Shown here: positions 52,335-64,000 of the stretch, piece by piece
How the letters are laid out: every line of letters starts with the position of its first letter
How positions within the stretch are numbered: position 1 is the stretch's first letter
Source: Rhodospirillales bacterium
GTDB lineage: Bacteria > Pseudomonadota > Alphaproteobacteria > Bin95
Assembly: GCA_038143065.1 (NCBI GenBank)
Contig: JAYQLI010000035.1
Location: forward strand, 2,560,894 to 2,624,893
Length of the DNA stretch: 64,000 nucleotides
Reading direction: 5' to 3'
Notes under the pieces: model-generated
Told to the model about the DNA's origin: nothing
Seen by the model: the letters and a program-made list of their open reading frames with translations, nothing else
The model's database searches: none
Position numbers and translations under genes: made by a program

Positions 52335-55246
52335 CGCAGCGAATTAGCTAGTACTTCAACCGCATGCAAAGCTCGGCGTCCCGTTCCATCTTCTATTTGG
52401 TGTCGACAGCTTGTGCCATCTGCAACGATGATAGTATCGGGATCTGCTTTACGAACAGCCGGTAGTAGGTTGAGCTCCGCCATTGCAAGTGAGACAGAAA
52501 GATTTTTCTTCTGATATCCAAATGATCCAGCCATTCCGCAGCACGAGCTTTCTACCATCGAAACATCTGCATCGGGTATCAGCCGCAAAGCAGCTAACGT
52601 TTTTTCTGCAACACCGAAGGCTTTTTGATGGCAGTGACCATGAACTAATATTTTCTTAGGACTATTTTTTAACTTGGCTCTGAAGTCTTCTGTTGTTTTC
52701 GAGACAAGAAATTCATCAATGAGTTGTGCGGCTTCTCCCAACGCCTGAACTCTTTCATCTAGCTTGAGAGCTGCAAACTCATCTTTAAACGTAAATAGGC
52801 ATGCTGGTTCCAGCCCTAGAACTGGGGCGCCGATCTTTAAAAATGGCTCCAGAAGGTCGAGTGTTCTGAGAGCTTCCTCCCTCGCCTGATCAATCATGCC
52901 ATTTGCCAAGAAAGTGCGGCCGCAACATGGCCCTCGGCCATCAGGCCCACGAATGACGTGGGGATGAAAACCAGCTGCTTTTAATACACGAACCGCTGCT
53001 CGAGGCTTTTCTGGCTCAAACCATGTGGTGAATGTATCAGCGAAAAGGACGACATCCCGTCCGTCCCCAATTGGTGAGCCCCTACTTCTTCTTTAAAGGG
53101 ATCCGATGACCAGGTTGGTAATTTGCGCTGGGCAGCAAGACCAGTTGTCTTTTCCGAAATCCATGCGAGTCCAGGTATTTTATCTCGGAGGTTTAAGATG
53201 CCACCCAACTTAGAAAGCTTGTTGGCAGTTCGTGGTAAGAATGACGTTATACGATCGCCAAGAGCAGGCTTGTTTCCTCTTTTTAATTCTTGATGCGCGA
53301 CCTCAATTTTCATACGCGCCATGTCAACGCCTGTTGGACATTCTCTCCTGCACCCTTTGCAACCCACGCAAAGTTCCATGGCTTCCGACATCGCCGCAGA
53401 AGCTGCATCTTCTTCGCCTAACTGACCCGAAAGCGCTAATCTGAGCGTGTTAGCCCTTCCACGAGTAACGTGTGTTTCATTCCGAGTTGCCTTAAAACTC
53501 GGACACATGACGCCTGCTTGGAGGGACCGGCAAGTTCCATTGTTGTTGCACATTTCGGTAGCGCCAAGGAAACCTCCCCAGACTGACCAATCTAAGCCAG
53601 TTTGAATAGGTCTGGCACCGTAACCTGGTTTGAAACGCATCAAACCACGATCATCTAACTTAGGTGGCCGGATTATATTGCCTGGATTAAATCTATCTTC
53701 AGGGTCAAATTTTTTCCTTAATTTCTTCAAATGTTCGAGCAAGTCTTGGACCTTGCATGGTCTCAATGAATTCTGACCGAATTTTCCCATCACCGTGCTC
53801 GCCTGAATGTGATCCTTCGTATTCCGCTACTATTTCGAAGGCTTCTTCCGCTATGGACCTCAGCTTGGCAGCGCCCTCTGAGGTCTTCATATTTAGAATT
53901 GGTCGAACATGTAGAAGTCCAACGCTCGCGTGGGCATACCAAGTACCACTTGAGCCGTATCGTTCAAAAAGGCCTGTCAGCCTATCTGTGAAGTCAGCCA
54001 AGTGTTCTAAAGGGATGGCGCAGTCTTCTATGACAGAGACTGGTTTCGCATCTCCAGTCATTGCCATTACTATATTTAATCCAGCCTCTCTTACGCCCCA
54101 AACCCTACGCTGAGTGAGTGGGTCTGTAACCTTCACAACCGCATTAGGCCATCCAATATCCCCCATAAGGACTTCAAGATCATGGAGGCGGGGCAGAAGT
54201 TCAGTTTCAGTTTCGCCAGAAAACTCAACTATTAATAGAGCCTGAGGTTCTCCTGGAGACATTATTTTCGCAATATCTGCGAACGCGGGCATTGCACGCG
54301 AGCGTTCGATAATTGTTCGGTCCACGAGCTCTACAGCATCCGGATCAAGAGTGACCAAATGCTGGGTTGCTTCCATTGCTGCTCTAAAGGTTGGAAATTG
54401 GCAGATGCCAATTGCCTTTTTTGCCGGCAGAGGCTGCAGTTTCAGTTCTATATCTTTGAAAAACCCAAGTGTGCCCTCTGACCCCACCAGTATGTCGGCC
54501 ATATTAAAGCCACCCGAGCCTGGTGGCTGAATCCGATGTAGGTTATAGCCAGCTACGTGTCTTAGAACTTTCGGTACTCGTTTATTTATTTCTTCTTGCT
54601 CGCGATGCGCTAATCCTTGAAGAAATTTACCGAGCTCATTTTCTGCATCACCGTCAACCCATCCAAAGTGATGGGTTGAACCATCTGCAAGCATTGCATC
54701 GATGCTCAAAACATTATCTGCCATTATGCCGTAGCGGATCGAGCGCGCACCAGAGGAGTTATTGGCGGCCATGCCACCAATTGTGCATCGACTTGCTGTA
54801 GATGGATCAACTGGAAAGAAGAGTTTTTCGCTAGCTAATTGGGCGTTCAACTGGGCTAGTACAACGCCGGGAGCAACTTTCGCGGTCTTACTTTCTGAAT
54901 TGATATCATAAATCGAATTCATGTACGTGGACGTATCAAGCACAATTGCTTCAGCAACAGTCTGTCCACATTGGCTTGTTCCGCCGCCACGGGGTAGGAC
55001 TGGCAAACCTTCTTCCGCAGCTATTTTTAAAACAGCCTCTACATCCGTAATCGATTTCGGCCTAACAATGCCAATAGGTTCGATTTGATATATGGAGGCA
55101 TCGGTGGAGTAGCGGCCACGAGACGGGGCGTCGAAGAAAACGTCGCCTTCGACTGCTCGTGATAGTCGATTGGCAAGCTTTGGGTCGCCAACACGCTGAC
55201 CTGTTATAAGTGTTTGTGATGAGTGTCGGAAACCGTCGGGCATCAA
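52331..55246 (-). CDS. FAD-binding/4Fe-4S fused oxidoreductase (GlcD/GlcF-like lactate/glycolate dehydrogenase), two frameshifts
   Basis: PRGGGTS, GSEGTLG, HASVGLLH, SGEHGDG, CNNNGTC, CVGCKGCRRECP, HGHCHQKA and CCGMAGSFG. Confidence 0.9.
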
Positions 55247-56244
55247 TCCACCAAATATTCAAGGTTTTGACAGTTTCTAACCGAACCGTCACGAAGACGT
55301 TGAGCTACAGTCGCGACAGCTTTGAACCGCAAGTCGCGTAGGCCAGGTGGGCTGTAAAATGCAGCATGAGGGGAGATCATCAGTCGCCCTTGCAGCCATT
55401 CTTCCTTCGCCATGTAGGCCTTAATCAGAGGATGATTGGTATTTGCAGGTTCCTCAGGCAAGACGTCTAAGCCAGCGCCGGATGGGGTCCCAGATTTTAA
55501 AGCGGTATACATCGCATCTAGATCTACAATTGGTCCACGCGCTGTATTAATCACAATTGCTCTTTCCTTCATCCGTCCGAGCAAGTCTCCATTAATTGCT
55601 CCTCTAGTACCTTCATTCAGAGGGGAATGGATGGAGACTGTATCCGATAATTCAAATAGCTCTCCAGCTGATTTAAGGCGAGTATATCCGGTGGCAAGTT
55701 CATATCCATCGGGTTGAAAGGGGTCGTAGAAGACAATATTCATATCAAAACCAGCAGCTCTTCTAGCCGCTGCCAGGCCTATCCGCCCCATCCCAAATAC
55801 GCCAAAAGTCTTTCCTTTCAGACGGTCGATGCAAGGGCTATCTACATAACGCCAAAGACCTTTTGGATCCGTTCGCATGCGCTCATCATAGCGATCAAGT
55901 CCGCGACGAAGAGCAAGCATTAATGCAATAGCATGGTCGGCCACTTCTGTAGTGCCGTAGTCTGGCACCGTGCAAACAGCGATGCCTCTCTCTCCCAGAG
56001 CTTTGAGGTCTAGTCCATCAAAGCCCACACCACCGCGAACTACAATGCGGGCTTTTTGCATCTTTGCCAAATTTGCCATCACGACTTTGGCTCCGCGATA
56101 AGTAACTATCCCATCGGCTCGTGCCCATGCGTCGTCAGTTACCTCTTCTGGATTAGCAAAAGCTTCGATTTCGATATCAGGACCGGCGGCTTCCTGTTCA
56201 AGGCCGTCGGCAAGGAGATGTCTGTCCGTGATAAGAATTCGCAT
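55243..56244 (-). CDS. D-isomer-specific 2-hydroxyacid dehydrogenase (CtBP-like)
   Basis: RGGVGFD, VPDYGTTEVADHA, GMGRIG, NTARG, DVLPEEP and SPHAAFYS. Confidence 0.9.
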   Translation of the reverse strand: MRILITDRHLLADGLEQEAAGPDIEIEAFANPEEVTDDAWARADGIVTYRGAKVVMANLAKMQKARIVVRGGVGFDGLDLKALGERGIAVCTVPDYGTTEVADHAIALMLALRRGLDRYDERMRTDPKGLWRYVDSPCIDRLKGKTFGVFGMGRIGLAAARRAAGFDMNIVFYDPFQPDGYELATGYTRLKSAGELFELSDTVSIHSPLNEGTRGAINGDLLGRMKERAIVINTARGPIVDLDAMYTALKSGTPSGAGLDVLPEEPANTNHPLIKAYMAKEEWLQGRLMISPHAAFYSPPGLRDLRFKAVATVAQRLRDGSVRNCQNLEYLVD

Positions 56245-56404
56245 GGAATATTGTGCCTTTGCATGTTTAGCTCTTGATTTGAATGTGCCGCGGCCCGTTA
56301 AGAGAGTCTAGTCCGCGTTTACAGTGAAGATCGAAGCTTGCTTCTAATTAAATCAACTGGGTTAGGTGAAAAAAATTATTCTCCGTCCCTGCACTAAATT
56401 GTTG

Positions 56405-57732
56405 CTAATGCGCCTGAAAGAATTGGTTTTTGGGTCGTGGTATACCAAGATTTTCCCTTAAAGTTCGGCCCGAATATTCAGTCCGGAATCTTCCTCTTCG
56501 CTGAAGTTCCGGCACAACTTTTCACAAACATCGTCAAGGCCCATCGGTAGGTACGGCATCATAATGTTGAAACCATCAGAGGCTTCCTCATCGATCCATG
56601 CTTCCATTTGGTCCGCTATGCTCTTAGGCGTTCCTACAAACGCATTGCCAGCATATCCACCAAAACGTCCTGCGAGTTGTCGAACGGTTAGGTTTTCCGC
56701 TTGTGCTAGGCTTTTTACTCGAGCTTGGCCACTTTTTGAGGCTTCAGTCTCTGGAACATTCGGTAACGGAGCATCTGGGTCAAATTTTGAGGCGTCATGG
56801 CCTAGAGCTATGGATAGTGATGCAATGCCGCTGTCGTAATGAACAAGGCTATCGAGAAGGTCTCTTTTTTCACGAGCTTCTGCCTCTGTTTCTCCAACTA
56901 TTACAAGGGCGCCAGGAAGAATTTTAAGATGGTCTGGGTTTCGGCCTGCGTTTTCCGCTCGTGCCTTAATGTCTTGGAAATATTCTTGTGCGTCAGGGAT
57001 GTTACGGGCGGAAGAAAACACCATTTCAGCAGTTTCAGCTGCTAATTGCCGACCAGCATCCGAAGCACCTGCTTGAACAATTAGAGGCCATCCTTGGATA
57101 GGGCGGGCAATATTTAAAGGGCCTCTGACTTTTAGATAATCACCTTCGTAGTCTAGGATGTGCAGTCGGTTTGGATCAAAAAATATTCCCTTTTCTACAT
57201 CGCGCACGAAGGCATCATCGGCCCAACTGTCCCACAGACCGGTTACGACGTCGAAGAATTCTCTGGCACGTGCATAACGTTGCGCATGGGGCATTTGATC
57301 ATCCATGCCAAAATTTTTTGCAGCATCGGGATTGGAAGTTGTAACGATGTTCCATCCAGCTCTGCCGTCTGAAATATGATCTAGTGATGCAAATCGCCTT
57401 GCTATTAAGTAAGGACTTTCGAAAGTAGTAGAAGCAGTTGCAATCAATCCAAGGTGATTAGTGACCATTGCGATTGCGGGAAGGAGCGTTAGAGGATCAA
57501 AAGAGGTGACGGTAGCTGAACGCTTCAGGGCTTCCATAGGCATGTTCAATACAGCTAGATGATCTGCCATGAAAAACGCATCGAACTTCGCGGCTTCTAG
57601 TTTTTTGGCGAGGGAAACAATCGTCTTAAGATTAAAATTTGCATCTGGTGATCCGCCGGGAAAACGCCAGGCAGCAGTATGGATCGAGACAGGGCGCATG
57701 AAAGCACCGAGACATAGTTGCTTTTTTTTCAT
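56405..57732 (-). CDS. LLM-class flavin-dependent monooxygenase (NtaA/DmoA family), frameshift near 56520
   Basis: FDAFFMADH, ARRFASLDHIS.GRAGWNIVT and QAGAS; the shifted tail reads VPELQRRG.FRTEY...TLRENLG. Confidence 0.9.
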
Positions 57733-57736
57733 AAAT

Positions 57737-60024
57737 CTATTTTGCGTCCCTTAATGCTAACCAAACTTTTTCTGGCGTTGCTGGCATGTCGATCGGCTGA
57801 GCGCCCGCAGAGGTAAGAGCATCAACAACAGCATTCATCACGGTTTGTGATGCCGCTATAGCTCCAGCTTGCCCCGAGCCCTTTACCCCCATCGGGTTGG
57901 CTTCACTTATGGTTGACTCGAAGTGGACTTCTAAATTTGGAATAGAATCAGCATAGGGGGGTGCATAATCCATTAAAGTTGCTGAAAGGCATTGGCCATG
58001 TTGGTCATACACAATCCTTTCACGAAGTGCCTGACCAATTCCTTGGGCGAGCCCGCCTTGCACTTGGCCTTCTGTAAGTTGGCGATCCAGTAGAGTGCCA
58101 TAATCATCCACTGCTTTATATGAGACGAGCTCCACCATTCCGGTCTCTGGATCAATTTCCACTTCTGCTACGTGACATCCAGCAGGCCATGTTATTGGAG
58201 CGTTGTCCCAATGCCATGAGCTGTCGAGGCCAGATTCAAAGCCAAATTCAGATTGCTTAGCAGCTGATGCTACATCGAATAGGGAAACGGCACGCCCGTC
58301 TCCAGCAATGAAATCACCACTACGAAAGAAAATGGTCTCAGGGTCTGCTTGCAATAGTTGGGAGGCTACGGCCTGTCCCTTTTCTAGAGCAGATTCAATT
58401 GAGCGGTAAATTGCAGTGCCGCCCATATGCATCGAGCGAGCACCCCCGTGGCCATTACCCATTGTTGTCTCGCGAGTATCGGCTTGGATATATCGGATTA
58501 CTTCTATTTCAACGCCAAGGAGATCTGCTGTGAGACGCTTAAATGTTGTCTCATGGCCTTGGCCGTTCGACTCAGTCCCTACACGTATTTCGATCATTCC
58601 ATCGTCGGAGAAGCTTAGTGCTGCAGCTTCAGATGGGGCGCCTCTGGCACTTTCCAGGAAGCAGGCAAAGCCTTGACCTCTTAAGCGACCCCTTTCAGCG
58701 CTTTCCCGCCGTCGTGTTTTGAAATCGTTGCGATGGGCTATTTTCAGCGCATCTTCAATGTTTTCCTTAAACCGGCCAATATCGATGTCAAAACCAAGTG
58801 GAGTTTTGTAGGGAAAAGTCTGTATTGCGTTCTTGTGGCGTAAGTCTATTGGATCGAACCCAAACTGTCGGGCTGCTTCATCAACCAGACGCTCCATCAT
58901 ATAATTACCTTCTGGCTTTCCTGCTCCTCGATAAGCGTCGACTGGTGCGGTATTGGTAAACACCGCTTGCGCCCTCATTGCCAAGGCTGGAATATCATAA
59001 ATGCCATGGATCGAGCGGGTAACCGATACTGTGCCACTACCTGGAGCACCTGTTGAAAGGTGTCCGCCAATATCGGCCACGAGCTCAGCTGTGAGGCCTG
59101 TAAAATGACCCTCTGCATCAAGACCTAAACGTGCGTAAGTCTTAACTGCGCGACCGTGAGCACCACATGTAACGTCTTCGCTTCGATCGCCAATCCATCG
59201 AACAGGAACGTTTAATTCCTTAGCTGCGGCCAGCACCATTGCCCACTCAGGATAAACAAAGTTTTTCGCACCGAAGCCTCCTCCTACATCCTCAGCTGTA
59301 ACATGTAGTTTTTCTTTCGAGGCATTGAAGACGGGAAGAAGGCCATTTTTTATCGTGTGCACACCTTGGACGGATGCTGTCAAAAGCAGGCAGTCCGAAT
59401 TTCTGTCGTACTCACCAATTGCTGCTCTGGTCTCAAGAGGTAGAGCTGAAACCCTATGGTTATCGCAAGTAAATTCGAGAATGTGTGTGGAAGCATTGAT
59501 GTTGGCTGAAGCCTTTTCCAATCCCCTGCGGAAAAGAGTGCGCAAATATTGCCCGGAGCGTCGTCCCAAATTTGGATTGCATTTTCTTTAACTGCATCCT
59601 CAGGAGTAACGACTGAGGGCAGAGGTGCGTAGTCAATTGCTATCGCTTCTGCCGCATCGAGTGCGGCTACACGAGTTTTTGCAACAACAAAGGCGACTGG
59701 CTCTCCTTGGTGTCGGACCCGGTCTCTGGCAAGTACAGGACGGGGCGGGCGTACTAGGGGAGGGTCGCTTGGAATTTGAGAGGTGTTCTGCAAGTCACCG
59801 TAACCAGCGGCAGTCCAGTCTGGACCTGTCATGACGAGTAAAACGCCAGGAAAACGTTTCGCGTGATCCACATTTATAGAAATTATGTCAGCGTGTGCAT
59901 GAGGAGAACGCACGACTGCAAGATGAGCCATACCAAATCTTTGAAGGTTGGCAGTATACAAGCCTTGGCCTGTCAAAAATCGATGGTCTTCTAGCCGGCC
60001 ATGGCCGGGCGCAGGATGCGTCAT
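57737..60024 (-). CDS. xanthine dehydrogenase family molybdopterin-binding subunit (CoxL-like), frameshift near 59530
   Basis: RLEDHRFLTGQG, RSPHAHA, GGGFGAK, AYRGAGKPE, GQGHET and GVKGSGQAG. Confidence 0.88.
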
Positions 60025-60226
60025 ATGGGTATCCTTCGAGGCGGCACACAGATCATATAGAGGATACAAGTTTATGCGACCTGTTCCCTGAGCCTTCTGT
60101 TAAAAATATTGAGATGTGTCGTGAGCTTATTTTTTATTTCTTTGGGCCAAGAAAATAAAAAAATAATGCGGCCAATTTAAACATGGACGTAATTTCACAT
60201 CAAATCGCTAGAATCTGGTGTGATGA

Positions 60227-61111
60227 TCAAATTCTTTGCACACTTGCTTTACCGAATAGACCATTAGGACTGATGGCGAGAGTTATGAAGATTAAAAGGC
60301 CTGATACAAGTGCGCCGGACCCTGTCCCAATTATAGGATCAAGATATCCCGCAGCCATATTTTCGGTAACGCCAATTAGCATTGCAGCAACTATTGTCCC
60401 TGCAAAACTTGTAAGACCTCCTATAACCACTACCGGTAAAACTTTTGCAAGCACCAACGTCATGGAAAAGCCACCGAGTCCATCCACCGTCCATAGTATT
60501 CCCCCGGCGACAGCTGCCACTGCTGATAGTGCCCAAGCTAAGGATAGATAATGCATAGATGGGATGCCAACTGAAGCCGCGGCTGCGGTATCGTCAGCAA
60601 TTGCTCTCAGAGCAATGCCGGCTCGAGTGAACTCAAAGAAAACCCAAAGCCCAGCGATTATTCCAACTGCAGCTGAGCTTGCTAGTAAGCGAGAGGGTGG
60701 AAGGGGGATGTCTCCCCACCAAAGAAGCTCGTTGCCAAACGGCAAGACAATTTCGCTTGGTAGTCCAGTTAGTGTCCAAGCTGAACCTGCACGCATAAGA
60801 ACACCGAGTGCAAGCGTGGCCATCACCATGGATGTGATAGGACGATTTGAAAGCTTGTCGACGACTAGTTTGTTAAAAATTACGGCCAAACCAGAGAGTG
60901 CAGCCAGTGCCCCGGGGATCGCTATAAATAGGGGGAGCCCAATCGTTGAGGTGCCTATGCCGGTTAATTTCGCTCCAAGATTTACCCAAGCTCCTAGAGA
61001 GAAATTTAAAACGGATGAAGCGCGATAAAGAACAACAAAAGCCACCCCAACCACCGCATAAACGGGACCAGATAAGAGCCCACTGACAAGGAGATGAAAA
61101 AAATACTCCAC
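60227..61111 (-). CDS. branched-chain amino acid ABC transporter permease (LivH-like)
   Basis: VLNFSLG, TRAGIALRA, VVIGGLTS and PNGLFG. Confidence 0.88.
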   Translation of the reverse strand: MEYFFHLLVSGLLSGPVYAVVGVAFVVLYRASSVLNFSLGAWVNLGAKLTGIGTSTIGLPLFIAIPGALAALSGLAVIFNKLVVDKLSNRPITSMVMATLALGVLMRAGSAWTLTGLPSEIVLPFGNELLWWGDIPLPPSRLLASSAAVGIIAGLWVFFEFTRAGIALRAIADDTAAAASVGIPSMHYLSLAWALSAVAAVAGGILWTVDGLGGFSMTLVLAKVLPVVVIGGLTSFAGTIVAAMLIGVTENMAAGYLDPIIGTGSGALVSGLLIFITLAISPNGLFGKASVQRI

Positions 61112-61125
61112 TCGATATCTCTACT

Positions 61126-62055
61126 TCAAAGTCCTTTTGTAAGACCAGTCAGATGGGCCGCTAAGGATTCTGATAGGCCCTGGAGGTCATATCCTCCTTC
61201 AAGGAACCCAATAATTCTTCCCGAGGCGTGTGCGTTGGCAAGCTCCACTATTCTATCGGTAATCCAACCAAAGTCTGAGGCCTCAGCTTCGATATTGCCT
61301 AAAGGGTCACGAATATGAGCGTCAAAACCGGCTGATACTAGGATTAGCTCCGGTTCAAATTCATCTATTGCAGGAAACAAGTGTTTTTCCCAAGCAATGC
61401 GCAAGTCATTGCCAGTGTCGCCCGGAGCAAGAGGCCTATTCCAGATATTGCCAACCCCGCGTTCGGAGACAGCGCCTGTTCCCGGGAAAAGAGGCATTTG
61501 ATGGGTGGAGGCAAAGATAACGTCTGGCTCATCCCAAAAAATAGATTGGGTTCCATTGCCGTGATGAACATCGAAATCGAGGATCGCTACTCTCTTTAGC
61601 TTATATGTTTTACGAGCATGTTGGGCAGCTATTGCGATAGAGTTAAAGAAACAAAAGCCCATGGCGCGACTGACTTCCGCATGATGACCAGGTGGTCGAG
61701 CAAGCACAAATGCCCGTGTAATGTTATCGGAGAGAATATCATCTACAGCGTCAGTACCCGCTCCAACTGCTTTTAAAATAGCTTGAGTTGACCCGGGGCC
61801 GATAGAAGTATCGCCATCTAGCATAATTATGGCATCGTCTCGTTCGGCCCCTAATATGAAATCGACATAATTTTCAGCGTGAGCCAATTTGATTTGCTCT
61901 GGCCTCGCTAGGCTTGCTGTTCGGCGAGGTAGATTCTTCAGGTCTGGTTCAGAAAGTCTGCGAACTGCTGTTTCAAAGCGCGCAGGGCGCTCAGGGTGGC
62001 CTGGGGTGGGGTTGTGACTAAGTGAGGCGTCATCAAGATATATAGCAAAGCTCAT
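61126..62055 (-). CDS. histone deacetylase family protein
   Basis: HPERPAR, RPPGHHA, GFCFFN, DFDVHHGNGTQ, SAGFDAH and LEGGY. Confidence 0.93.
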   Translation of the reverse strand: MSFAIYLDDASLSHNPTPGHPERPARFETAVRRLSEPDLKNLPRRTASLARPEQIKLAHAENYVDFILGAERDDAIIMLDGDTSIGPGSTQAILKAVGAGTDAVDDILSDNITRAFVLARPPGHHAEVSRAMGFCFFNSIAIAAQHARKTYKLKRVAILDFDVHHGNGTQSIFWDEPDVIFASTHQMPLFPGTGAVSERGVGNIWNRPLAPGDTGNDLRIAWEKHLFPAIDEFEPELILVSAGFDAHIRDPLGNIEAEASDFGWITDRIVELANAHASGRIIGFLEGGYDLQGLSESLAAHLTGLTKGL

Positions 62056-62060
62056 CGCAG

Positions 62061-63280
62061 TTAGTTTCTTTGTTCCAATGGCTGAGCTTTGCTGGCTGCT
62101 AATTGAGCGAAGGTTGTGATGATTACCGCTGAAGTCAGAAGAATGCTGACGATCGGGAATATCCACATATCAAAACCAGCGTCGACTAGTGCACCAAATA
62201 AAACGCCCGCAAGTCCTGAGCCAATTGAAAGGCCAACAAAGACAAACCCAAAAATTCGCCCGTTTTCGCCGGCAGGTGTAATTGCTCTAACCATTAGATC
62301 CCGCGCCGGTAGCACAGCGCCAAAACCAAACCCTGCAGCTGCGAAGACTAAGTAAAGCCAGGCTCCGTCGAGGCGAAGTCCAGAGGGGGTTAGCATCAAC
62401 GTCGCTGTGGTTAGCAAGCAGATGGCTGCGGTTAGACCATGGCGACCAAATTTTTCGGCGATTACTCCTCCTAATAAGATCCCGCCAGCGACTGAGAATT
62501 GGTAGGTAGATAAAACCTGAGCAGCCCCAACTTCATCTGCCAAACCCAGTTTGACCATAACAACAACACCCTGAGAGCTGATCCCGCCGGTTGCCACGCC
62601 ATAGGTCGCGAGAAAGAGAAAATAGAGAAGCACTGGTGCTGAGTATAAAACCGACTTTGATGCACCTAATTTTTCTTTTTGTGTTGTATTAGCTTTTTCT
62701 TCCCCGGCGAGAGCATCGCCTTGCGCTAAGATTACTAATGCTGCGCAAACTCCTAAAATACCAACAAGGATAAAGGCTGTTCGCCAGTCAAAAATACCGC
62801 TTAGGGTGAGCATAGCTACCGGTGCTACACCCCACCAAAGAACCCAGAAAAAGTGTGTAGTGAATATGCCCGGCCAAGATGCTTTTCGGTGACCTTTGCC
62901 GCAATGATAGCGTAATCAACTGGATGAAATACTGCGTTCCCAACTCCCGCGATCACAGCCAAAGTAGCAAATTGCCAAAAGCTCTCAGCTAACCCAATAA
63001 GCCCAATTGCAGTGGCGTTTAGTGCGAGGCCCGCAGCAAGCATTTTGCGGGCATCAATTTTCTCTAGTGCTGCTCCGGCTGGGGCTTGAAGGATGCCTCC
63101 GATCCAGGCGTATCCTGTGAGCGCTCCTCCCAATATTGCAAAGCCCACGTCGAATTCTCTAGCAAATAGTGGTAACATTGGGGGTAGGCATAGTATGTAG
63201 AAATGACTCAAAAAATGCCCAACGCCAATCAGTGATAGCACTCGGGCTTGGCTTGGCGGAGCTTCTGAGACTAAAGCCAT
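62061..63280 (-). CDS. MFS transporter (Fsr-like), frameshift near 62830
   Basis: GHFLSHFY, GVGNAVFHP and GRAYSLH; about 12 TM helices across two ORFs. Confidence 0.85.
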
Positions 63281-63458
63281 ATTCGGCGACCCTAATTCAC
63301 TGACTGTGCACTACAGGTAATTATTTTTCAGAGTTAGAAAAAATCATGAAGATACTAACATGTGGTTTGTCAAATTATTAACCGTTTTCAAAATTAATGC
63401 GTATTGCATCGTTTGGGCTAGCGCTGCGATTATCCATTAAATTGTTTGGGAGGCACTG

Positions 63459-64000
63459 ATGCTTGTTGGGATTGCTGGTGGCTCAGGTTTTGTGGGATTG
63501 GCGATTGCGGAGGCACTTTTGCAACAGGGAGCCCATGTGCTTCTTATTGATATCAACCAACCTCCAGAGGCAGCGTTAAAATTTCTTGGTGCCCACAGCG
63601 GTCTAGGCGCTCTTGAAATTCAGGTTGCCGATGTATCTGATGCTGGTGAGGCGGCGCAGGCACTTCGAGGCATTGATGCTTTAGTTTGTGCGGCGGCAGT
63701 AACTTCAGCGGATGCAAGGGAACGGGAGCGACCAACGGAGACGTTGGAGACCAACATTCTTGGTTTTACAAATCTTCTTCAAGCCGCCCGAGGAGTAGGA
63801 GTTAAGCGTATTATCAACCTTTCCTCAGCTTCGGCCTATGGAATTTCTGGTTTGAGGGAGATGGAAGTATCACGGAAGAGGGAACGTGGCCAAAGCCAAA
63901 TACTCTATACGGAGTATCAAAACTTGCTTCGGAGGGGATCGCGGCTCGTCTTTCTGAACTTTGGGCCACCGATATAATTAATTTAAGACTATCAGCTGTG
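63459..64000 (+). CDS. NAD-dependent epimerase/dehydratase (partial, probable frameshift near 63865)
   Basis: GGSGFVG, N..G..NLL and SSASAYG; YGVSK lies in the shifted frame. Confidence 0.8.

Noticed and set aside
57737-60024. Aerobic CO dehydrogenase
   Set aside because: Lacks the AYxCSFR motif and the coxMS and accessory genes.

Overview
Chromosomal segment of an alphaproteobacterium (gcrA, a dapF-mtaB-ftsY block, an NDUFA9-like SDR, meaB, pccB), probably a marine Rhodospirillales-like lineage (inference). It is rich in catabolic oxidoreductases and hydrolases and carries cofE-cofD for F420 synthesis. About 20 genes are broken by small indels, often in homopolymers, which points to uncorrected long-read errors rather than real pseudogenes. 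The most unusual region is a ~5.8 kb island integrated at tRNA-Phe(GAA). It has attL at 10841-10855, attR at 16676-16689, paired GGCCACCA arm-type repeats and IHF-like boxes. Its integrase gene is truncated by a nested ~5.2 kb module with no transposase, bounded by 110-bp near-perfect inverted repeats (TGT...ACA). The module carries a class III adenylate cyclase, a Tat-exported flavin amine oxidase and a porin behind a sigma54/NtrC-type promoter. A decayed 75-nt tRNA-like sequence with an intact-looking promoter lies upstream of meaB. All calls come from reading the sequence; no database searches were run.
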